Below are positions 57,652-64,000 of a stretch of 64,000 nucleotides of DNA, in pieces. The DNA is taken from positions 8,040 through 72,039 of the forward strand of contig JAFVTA010000061.1 in NCBI GenBank assembly GCA_017503525.1. Reading direction: 5' to 3'. Position 1 is the stretch's first letter. Every line of letters begins with the position of its first letter. The position numbers were made by a program, and so were the translations under genes. Origin of the DNA: Clostridia bacterium. Lineage in GTDB: Bacteria > Bacillota > Clostridia > Christensenellales > Borkfalkiaceae. The notes under the pieces were generated by a model that was given only the letters and a program-made list of their open reading frames with translations, ran no database searches and was not told where the DNA came from.

Positions 57652-57709
57652 TTTGTTTCTCCTTGTTGTTTCTTTTTAGTCTTGCGCATGACTTGTATGA
57701 TTATTATAC

Positions 57710-57753
57710 CACCTATAACGGAAACTTGCAAGCAAAAATTTCCGTTATAGGTG
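57710..57753. promoter_or_regulatory. Perfect 15-bp inverted repeat with 14-nt spacer in a divergent promoter region
   Basis: CACCTATAACGGAAA (57710..57724) and TTTCCGTTATAGGTG (57739..57753), abutting a GATAAT -10-like hexamer. Confidence 0.5.
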
Positions 57754-57786
57754 ATAATGTTGCTATAGGAGCGTGTCTTTGTTTGT

Positions 57787-58227
57787 ATGAATTTGTCGAA
57801 ATTTGCCGAAAGTTTGACTGAACTTATCGAAGAATCAAAATTAACCCCGTCGACGCTTGCCGATACAATCGGTTGCGGTCGCGGAACAATCAGCCGTTAT
57901 TTAAGCGGACAAAAAATGCCGAGAATTGAAATGCTTGTGCGTATTGCCGATTTCTTTGCCTGCTCCGTGGATTATGTCTTGGGCAGAGAAACGGAAAAAT
58001 ATCCGCGCGTGTTTATCCCTTGCCCTTCCTTTCAAGCGCGTTTGCCTATTCTTTGCAAGGAATTAGGCATTACGAAATATAAACTGCAAAAGGCTACGGG
58101 TATTGCGGAATCCGCCATTTACAATTGGCAACGAGGCGAAGGAACGCCCAACTTGGAAAACATAATTAAAATTGCGAACGCTTTTGATTGTTCGGTAGAC
58201 TTTGTTATTGGGCGCAGTAAAGTGTAA
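57787..58227 (+). CDS. Double HTH_XRE domain protein
   Basis: 146-aa ORF with two Cro/C1-type HTH units (LADTIGCGRGTISRYLSG and LQKATGIAESAIYNWQRG). Confidence 0.8.
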   Translation: MNLSKFAESLTELIEESKLTPSTLADTIGCGRGTISRYLSGQKMPRIEMLVRIADFFACSVDYVLGRETEKYPRVFIPCPSFQARLPILCKELGITKYKLQKATGIAESAIYNWQRGEGTPNLENIIKIANAFDCSVDFVIGRSKV

Positions 58228-58228
58228 T

Positions 58229-58678
58229 ATGGAACACGTATCCTCTTTCCCCGATAGATTATTAGAACAAATGACCTTAAACGGGTACAATGCGCAGGGA
58301 TTAGCAAAGCAAATTGCCTGCTCGCATTCCACTATCTATAATTTATTAAACGATAAATATAAACAACCCTCTACGGAAATTTTCTTTTCGATTATTGAGC
58401 ATTTTAACTGTTCCGCGGATTATATGCTTGGATTTTTAGAATTTCCTTTTGAGGGCGCGGTATACCACCCTCCCCTCCGCATATACGGTGCGCGTATTCG
58501 CGAATTGTTAAAAGCGCGAAAGGAAAAACAAAAAACCTTTATCGAAAATATGCATATATCATCCAACCTTGCATACCAGTGGCTTTCCGACAAAGCCTTA
58601 CCCACAATAGAATATCTTATCAAACTTGCAAACTATTTTGATATAACTGTAGACGTTTTTATACAAAGAACGAAATAA
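58229..58678 (+). CDS. Double HTH_XRE domain protein (tandem paralog)
   Basis: ORF 58202..58678 with start moved to ATG 58229 (1 nt after the upstream stop codon, TAAtATG). Two HTH units (LAKQIACSHSTIYNLLND and ENMHISSNLAYQWLSD). Confidence 0.8.
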   Translation: MEHVSSFPDRLLEQMTLNGYNAQGLAKQIACSHSTIYNLLNDKYKQPSTEIFFSIIEHFNCSADYMLGFLEFPFEGAVYHPPLRIYGARIRELLKARKEKQKTFIENMHISSNLAYQWLSDKALPTIEYLIKLANYFDITVDVFIQRTK

Positions 58679-58680
58679 AC

Positions 58681-58721
58681 AAGCAGGCTTTTGACCGCGG
58701 TCAAAAGCCTGCTTTATTTTT
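58681..58721 (+). terminator. Intrinsic terminator
   Basis: AAGCAGGCTTTTGACC/GGTCAAAAGCCTGCTT hairpin with T-run. Confidence 0.85.
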
Positions 58722-58727
58722 GTATTA

Positions 58728-58846
58728 AACGCCGTTCGGCGTTGGGGGCGCAACCTTTCGGTTGCTTTTTTGGGTACCGTTTCCGTGGGCTTTGCCCACA
58801 CCCAGCAGGGCACGCGCCCTGCACGGCGCAAGGGCTCACAGCCCTT
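58728..58846 (+). repeat. Family-2 mosaic multi-hairpin repeat, copy 3
   Basis: Hairpins at 58728..58743, 58750..58765, 58785..58799, 58805..58822 and 58830..58846. The last one contains the aminotransferase stop codon. Confidence 0.6.
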
Positions 58847-60038
58847 GACCCAAGCCGTACTCTTTCGCAAGTTCCTTGAAAAGCGGAAGTGCTTTTTCAA
58901 TGCGTTCCGTTTGCACGCAGTACGCAATACGTACCCAGCCGTCTGCGCCGAAATCCGCGCCGTTGACAAGCAATAATTCGTACTTCTTCGCGCGCTCGCA
59001 AAACGCTTGCCCGTCCGCTTCGGGCGATTTCATAAATAAGTAAAACGCGCCGTCGGGATACACGCAGGTAAATCCGCATTCCTTTAACCCGTTGTACAAT
59101 AAATCCCTGTTTCTCTTATATACGCTTAAATCCGCCGTCATGCCGTCGCATTCCGCCGCCATTCTTTGGAACAGCGCAGGCGCGCACACGTAGCCAAGCT
59201 CTCTGCCTGCCCCGCATACCGCAAAGTATACCGCTTTTGCATCCGTCGCTTTGGGATTGACCGCAATATACCCGATACGCTCGCCCGGGGTGGACAAGGA
59301 TTTGGAATACGAATAGCATACGATACTATTCTCATAATACGCCATTACGCTGGGAACCTTCGTGCCCTTATCGTACACGAGCTCTCTGTACGGTTCGTCT
59401 GAAATTAAGTAAATCGGCGCGCCGTATTCTTTGGACTTTCTCCCCAAAAGCGCAGACAGCATTTTTATCGTTTCCTCACCGTATACTACCCCCGAAGGGT
59501 TGTTGGGAGAGTTGATGATCACCCCTTTCACACGGGGGGTAAGCGCCTTTTCCAGCGCCTCAAAATCGGGCAATAAGGTGTCGGGGTCGGACTGCAATAC
59601 CGTAAGCTTTGCCCCTGCCCCTGCCACAAACACCGCGTATTCGGGGAAATAGGGCGCAAAGACGATAAATTCGTCCCCCTCGCAACGCAACGCGCGCAGA
59701 GTAATCGTCAAAGATGCCGCCGCGCCGCAGGTCATATATAAATCGTCGCCCGAAAGGGGTACTCCAAAGCGCTTGGTATAGTTTTGCGCAATTTTCTCGC
59801 GCACTTCCTTATCCCCCTGCGCCGAAGTATAGCCGTGCAACGCTACGGACGGGATTTCTTCCGTCAAACGGCGAATGGTTTCATTCACCTTATCGGGAGC
59901 AGGCACGGACGGATTGCCGATGGAAAAGTCAAAGACGTTTTCCGCGCCGATTTGTTCGCTTCTTGCTTTCGCGTATTCAAATATTTCGCGTATCGTAGAC
60001 CGCTTACTGCCCAAGCGGTATGCTCTTTCGTTATACAT
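58836..60038 (-). CDS. Class I/II pyridoxal-phosphate aminotransferase (aspartate/alanine type)
   Basis: 400-aa ORF with SYSKSLSTPGERIGY PLP-lysine region and NPSGVVY. Confidence 0.88.
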   Translation of the reverse strand: MYNERAYRLGSKRSTIREIFEYAKARSEQIGAENVFDFSIGNPSVPAPDKVNETIRRLTEEIPSVALHGYTSAQGDKEVREKIAQNYTKRFGVPLSGDDLYMTCGAAASLTITLRALRCEGDEFIVFAPYFPEYAVFVAGAGAKLTVLQSDPDTLLPDFEALEKALTPRVKGVIINSPNNPSGVVYGEETIKMLSALLGRKSKEYGAPIYLISDEPYRELVYDKGTKVPSVMAYYENSIVCYSYSKSLSTPGERIGYIAVNPKATDAKAVYFAVCGAGRELGYVCAPALFQRMAAECDGMTADLSVYKRNRDLLYNGLKECGFTCVYPDGAFYLFMKSPEADGQAFCERAKKYELLLVNGADFGADGWVRIAYCVQTERIEKALPLFKELAKEYGLGQGL

Positions 60039-60065
60039 AGTTCTCTTCTCCGTTTATGAAGACTT

Positions 60066-61424
60066 TCAATACAAATTAAAGAACGCCTTCGTGCCCGAAA
60101 GCAGTTTTTCGTCCAAACTCCAAACGCCGTTCTTTTCGATAACGCCGAAAGAGCACTCCTTTGCCGCCTCGAACAAATCCTCGCCGTCGTAGCCTACGAT
60201 TTTATCCGACATATCCTCTAAAATGCGTTTCGCCTCGGGCGTGAAACGGGAAGTCGTGATAAAAATGCCTCGGCAGTTTTGCTTTTTGTCCTTCACTTGA
60301 CGGCAAGCGCATGCGCCGATAAACTGCTGCAACAGCGTTTCTCCCACTACCCACAGTTTCTCGTCACCCTTTTCCGGGTTCCAGTTCTTCGACTGTATGT
60401 AGATGGTTTCTCTAAAACCAAGCTTATCCGTAAGCTCGATTTCCCCGTCAATACCGCCGTCGCGGTCGCCGCCGCTGATTTTTAAGCCTTCAAGCCTTCT
60501 GCCGTTCTTCAAGGAATACCTTTCGAGAAGATATACCGAATAGTACTCAAAATACTCACCGCCAAGCTTGCGCATGCGTTTTAAAAACTCCTCGCAAAGC
60601 TTTTCATTCGCCGTCAACGGCTTTTGCAAAGGTTTCTTAATCGTGCGCGCGCTCGTGCGCGTGACGGGCTTAACAACCCCCTTTTTGGGCGCGTTTTGCT
60701 TTATTTCGGGTTCTTTCTTGGGCTCGGGTTTTTCTTCCTTTTTAGCCTCGTTTACAGCCTCTTTCTTCTCTTCCGCTTTGACAGGTTTTTTGTCCCCGAA
60801 TAAAAAGCTCATGTCCATCACTACGGCGGGTTTTGCCACTTCCGTTTTTTCTTGAACAACGAGCGCGGTTTCTTCCTTTGCCTCTTCCTTTACGGGCTCG
60901 GCAACGGGCGTTTCCTCCGTCTTTGCCTTGGGTTTTCTGCCCCGCTTTTTAGGCGCAGGCACTTTCTCCTCTTCGGGGATCGGCTCCGGCGCGGTTTCGG
61001 GCGTCATCGGCGCAACGGGCGCAATCGGCTGTAAGGGCGCAGGGGGAAGGGGCTGTGCCTCTTCCTTTTTCTCCGCCTTGGGTTTTCTGCCCCGTTTTTT
61101 GGGCGCAGGCGTTTCCTCTTGGACGGGCGGAGCGGTGATTGCGCGCGCTTTTAACGCGTACATACCCCCGTCGTACATGATATCGCCGTCCTTTTTCATA
61201 ATGTCCAGTACAGAACCTACTCTGCCCTTGACGTCGTTGATGTTTTCGGTGTCCTCGCCTGCGTATTTTTCGGCGTAAATTTTGGATACCTCTTCAATAA
61301 GTTCGTTATGCTTAAACGGTTTTTCCGCAAGCAAATCGGTAATCAGTTTTTTGGTTGCGTCCTTTTTTTCCGCGCGGGTGACGGGCGCAAGCTCTTTTAC
61401 TTCTTGTTTTTTCGTTCTTGCCAT
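60066..61424 (-). CDS. Mrr-like restriction endonuclease with wHTH N-domain and K/E/P/A-rich linker carrying two AT-hook-like repeats
   Basis: 452-aa ORF. C-terminus has GGDRDGGIDGEIEL...IYIQSKNW (D...QxK nuclease core). PAPKKRGRKPKA occurs twice, encoded by 36-nt direct repeats at 60925..60960 and 61075..61110. Confidence 0.7.
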   Translation of the reverse strand: MARTKKQEVKELAPVTRAEKKDATKKLITDLLAEKPFKHNELIEEVSKIYAEKYAGEDTENINDVKGRVGSVLDIMKKDGDIMYDGGMYALKARAITAPPVQEETPAPKKRGRKPKAEKKEEAQPLPPAPLQPIAPVAPMTPETAPEPIPEEEKVPAPKKRGRKPKAKTEETPVAEPVKEEAKEETALVVQEKTEVAKPAVVMDMSFLFGDKKPVKAEEKKEAVNEAKKEEKPEPKKEPEIKQNAPKKGVVKPVTRTSARTIKKPLQKPLTANEKLCEEFLKRMRKLGGEYFEYYSVYLLERYSLKNGRRLEGLKISGGDRDGGIDGEIELTDKLGFRETIYIQSKNWNPEKGDEKLWVVGETLLQQFIGACACRQVKDKKQNCRGIFITTSRFTPEAKRILEDMSDKIVGYDGEDLFEAAKECSFGVIEKNGVWSLDEKLLSGTKAFFNLY

Positions 61425-61465
61425 ACAATTTTCCTTTTTGAATTTTACACACTCCCCATAAAACT

Positions 61466-61588
61466 CGCGCTATGCGCGTCAAACGTCTGCGGCGTTAAAA
61501 GCGCAAAACTGCGTTTTGCTTATAGGGGGGCCGTTTTCGTGGAGCGCTGCTCCACACCTCGCCAGAAACTGAGTTTCTGGACTTCCAG
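61466..61588 (+). repeat. Family-2 mosaic multi-hairpin repeat, copy 2
   Basis: Hairpins at 61466..61478, 61482..61496, 61503..61519, 61539..61555 and 61562..61580. Lacks the fourth hairpin of copies 1 and 3. Confidence 0.65.
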
Positions 61589-61591
61589 AAG

Positions 61592-62317
61592 TTATTCTTC
61601 GTATAACCGAATCAGCTCGCCTAAATTATCGAACTTGCTTTCGGTTTTTTCGGAAAGGTAGGCTTTGACAAGGCGCAGAGCGCGTTTGTTGCCCCCTGCA
61701 AGCGCATCTTCCCGATAGGTCAAGCCCGCGCATTTGCGCAAGGCGTAATAGGTGGACAGGCTGGCCCTCTCGCCTGCCGTTGCGCGGTCGAACGAGGTGA
61801 ACCGTCCGTCCGCAAAATCAAAATACAATTTCTCGCCGATATCCCCTTCGCATTCCTCCAAGAAGGATAAATCCAGGGGGTATCCGCTTTCTCTAAGCGC
61901 CGTCAATACGAAAGTGAGCACCCCTTCCGCAGGGTCGTCTTGGGAGAGTGCAAGGGATTTCAAACCCTCCGCAAGCCCTACGAATAAGCCTTCGTATTTT
62001 TCATTTTCGTATAAAATCGCAAGGCAGATTTCCGCCATGGCGCACGCCGCGTAAAAACGGACTACGTCGTAGCGCAGGGCAAAAAAGCTTTCGTGCAGGT
62101 ACGCGTTCGTCATCGTGTACCTGCCCCCTTTTTCCGCGAGAATATACTCGCAAAAGCAAAAGGGCTGGGCGGCAAACGCCAGCTTGGCTTTGGGCTTTTT
62201 CACCCCCCTTGCCCCTACCGTGATTTTGCCTAAAGACGGGGAAAACAAGGTAAGCAGTTTATCGTTGTCTTTGTAGTCGATAGACTGTAATACGATTGCC
62301 TCCGTCTTAATTTCCAT
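61592..62317 (-). CDS. recO: DNA repair protein RecO
   Basis: ORF 61592..62323 starts at a GTG; I prefer ATG 62317 (MEIKTEAIVLQSIDYKDNDKLLTLFS). Confidence 0.9.
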   Translation of the reverse strand: MEIKTEAIVLQSIDYKDNDKLLTLFSPSLGKITVGARGVKKPKAKLAFAAQPFCFCEYILAEKGGRYTMTNAYLHESFFALRYDVVRFYAACAMAEICLAILYENEKYEGLFVGLAEGLKSLALSQDDPAEGVLTFVLTALRESGYPLDLSFLEECEGDIGEKLYFDFADGRFTSFDRATAGERASLSTYYALRKCAGLTYREDALAGGNKRALRLVKAYLSEKTESKFDNLGELIRLYEE

Positions 62318-62319
62318 AA

Positions 62320-62433
62320 TCACTTTCTCCGCATTAAATCGTAGTAGAGCATGTAGTAGTTGATACTGCCCGTTTTTTCAAATAACTCCCAAGCCATTTT
62401 CGCCGCGCCGTTTTCCTGCTGTTTGTCGTGCAT
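62320..62433 (-). CDS. yqzL: YqzL-like small protein (37 aa, below the ORF-track cutoff)
   Basis: Own translation after GGGAGGA: MHDKQQENGAAKMAWELFEKTGSINYYMLYYDLMRRK. Sits in the era-yqzL-recO position known from Bacillota. Confidence 0.7.
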   Translation of the reverse strand: MHDKQQENGAAKMAWELFEKTGSINYYMLYYDLMRRK

Positions 62434-62495
62434 AGCCCCGTCCTCCCAACACTATTTTGCGAAGGGGATTACGATTTTATGCGAAACCGCTTTCC

Positions 62496-62633
62496 GATAC
62501 AGCACGAAACTTAAAGTGAGTAGATGCGAGCAGTTCAAGGCGCAGGAGCACCCCCGACGGGAGTTTACTAATCCGTACACGAGCAAGGGGGCGCGCACTG
62601 CAACGTAGAAATGCGACGCATATACACGCTTTA
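62496..62633 (-). repeat. Family-1 structured intergenic repeat, copy 2 (138 nt)
   Basis: Aligns with 1498..1635. Ends 2 nt before the era stop codon (62635..62637). Confidence 0.6.
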
Positions 62634-62634
62634 C

Positions 62635-63525
62635 TTACTCTTTGTAATCCTCGTACCCGTACTCTTTAATAAGCCCCGGCTTATCCCGCCAGTCCTCTTT
62701 CACCTTGACGTAGGTGGTGAGAAATACTTTCGCACCCAAGAATTTCTCCATGTCCTGGCGCGCAAAAGAGGATACTTCCTTAATCGCCTTGCCTTGCTTG
62801 CCGATTAAGATTGCTTTGTGGTTGGCGCGCTCGCACACGATATCCAAGTTGACGTCGTATACGCCGTTCTCCTGCAAAGCAAAGCGGTTGATGACAATCG
62901 CGATACCGTGAGGGATTTCTTTGTCGAATTTAAGCAAAATTTTCTCGCGCATGATTTCCGAAATCATGAACTTCTCACTCTTATCCGAAACGATATCGTC
63001 CAAGAACACCCTTTCGCCTTCGGGCATTTTTTCCACCAAAAACTCCTTTAAGGCACGGATATTCTTGCCCTTTCTCGCCGATACGGGGAAAACGTCCAAA
63101 TCCAAGTCCGCGTCCGCAAACTTCGCCATATCCAAAGGAATATTCTCCTTGGGCATGATATCGATTTTCGTGTACGCTACCGCCATGGGGATATCCAACG
63201 CTTTGTATTTTCTAATCAACTCAAAATCTTCCTCGTTAATCCCCTCATGGCCGTCCAAAACGAACAAAATATAGTCCACCGACTTCGCGCTCATGTCGGT
63301 GGTACGCATCATCATATCCGTTAAGGCGTTTCTCGCCTTGTAAATCCCAGGCGTATCCACGAAAACAATTTGATAATCCTCTTCCGTTAACACCCCCAAA
63401 ATGCGATCTCTCGTCGTTTGGGGCTTAGGCGAAACAATGGAAACCTTCTCCCCCACCAACACGTTGATAAGGGTACTTTTCCCCGCGTTTGCTTTGCCGA
63501 TAACCGCTACGTATCCACTTCTCAT
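62635..63525 (-). CDS. era: GTPase Era
   Basis: 296-aa ORF with GKANAGKSTL G1 motif, DTPG and a C-terminal KH domain. Confidence 0.96.
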   Translation of the reverse strand: MRSGYVAVIGKANAGKSTLINVLVGEKVSIVSPKPQTTRDRILGVLTEEDYQIVFVDTPGIYKARNALTDMMMRTTDMSAKSVDYILFVLDGHEGINEEDFELIRKYKALDIPMAVAYTKIDIMPKENIPLDMAKFADADLDLDVFPVSARKGKNIRALKEFLVEKMPEGERVFLDDIVSDKSEKFMISEIMREKILLKFDKEIPHGIAIVINRFALQENGVYDVNLDIVCERANHKAILIGKQGKAIKEVSSFARQDMEKFLGAKVFLTTYVKVKEDWRDKPGLIKEYGYEDYKE

Positions 63526-63528
63526 AAC

Positions 63529-64000
63529 TTACCTCACAATCCCAAGCACGCCAAGGATTTCTTCCTCACGCGCGCGCATCTCGCTCTTCTCCTCGTCCGT
63601 CATGTGGTCGTATCCAAGGCAGTGCAAAATGCCGTGCACCAACAAATAGTGCAATTCTCTTTCGTACGAATGCCCGTACTCTTCCGCCTGCTCTCTCGCC
63701 CTTGCAACGCAAATGGCAATAGAACCAAACAGCAAATTCCCTTCTTCGTCGATATCCCAAGGATAATCCTTTCCAAGGATAGGCTCTCCCTTGACAAGGT
63801 CAAGGGCAGGATAGCTCAACACGTCCGTCACCTTGTCGATTCCGCGCGTTTCGCGATTTAGCCTTTGGATTTCTTCGCCGTCCACAAACACAAGCTCTAC
63901 GGCAAGCGGAATATCCGCCTGCACCTTCTCCCCGACCGCCTTTTCCAGCGCGCGGAGCGCGTGTTTAGGAAACTCCTCTTCCTCGCAATAGACGGTAAAG
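63529..64000 (-). CDS. ybeY: rRNA maturation RNase YbeY (N-terminus beyond the right edge)
   Basis: HGILHCLGYDH zinc motif. The frame stays open upstream of the ORF-track start (63924) to the window end (…FTVYCEEEEFPKHALRALEKAVGEKVQADIP…). Confidence 0.9.
   Translation of the reverse strand, partial: FTVYCEEEEFPKHALRALEKAVGEKVQADIPLAVELVFVDGEEIQRLNRETRGIDKVTDVLSYPALDLVKGEPILGKDYPWDIDEEGNLLFGSIAICVARAREQAEEYGHSYERELHYLLVHGILHCLGYDHMTDEEKSEMRAREEEILGVLGIVR

Overview
64-kb chromosomal window from a Bacillota (Clostridia-like) genome, about 50% GC by eye. Almost all of it is housekeeping. Gene blocks in order: rnc-plsX, asnS, recF <-> dnaA-mnmG, feoAB with a DtxR-type regulator, ruvCAB-queA, ferredoxin, nifS, an EF-G paralog, rsmA, metG-tatD-radical SAM, spmAB, glmM, pckG, proBAC, T-box-cysE-cysS, alaS, rpsB-tsf, ruvX, rpmG-secE-nusG-rplKAJL, ybeY-era-yqzL-recO. 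I saw no rRNA, tRNA, CRISPR array, transposase, integrase or recognisable defence operon. Accessory-looking content is limited to two AT-rich islets (49.9-50.8 kb with an XRE regulator plus a zinc-ribbon membrane protein; 57.3-58.7 kb with a 50-aa ORF plus two tandem double-HTH proteins) and an Mrr-like nuclease with AT-hook repeats. The most unusual signal is non-coding. Several intergenic elements are built from long closing stems or hairpin arrays, and between copies the paired positions change on both sides and stay paired. They are: (i) a ~280-nt element at 10332..10612 and 39196..39471, with a homologous interior but unrelated perfect 24/27-bp closing stems; (ii) a 138-nt repeat at 1498..1635 and 62496..62633; (iii) a five-hairpin mosaic repeat at 18762..18890, 58728..58846 and 61466..61588; (iv) orphan promoter-plus-terminator units that look like sRNA genes at ~11771..11935 (-) and ~31675..31785 (+). 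All calls come from reading the sequence and ORF track by hand. No database search or folding program was run, so family names are recollection-based and the RNA proposals are hypotheses.
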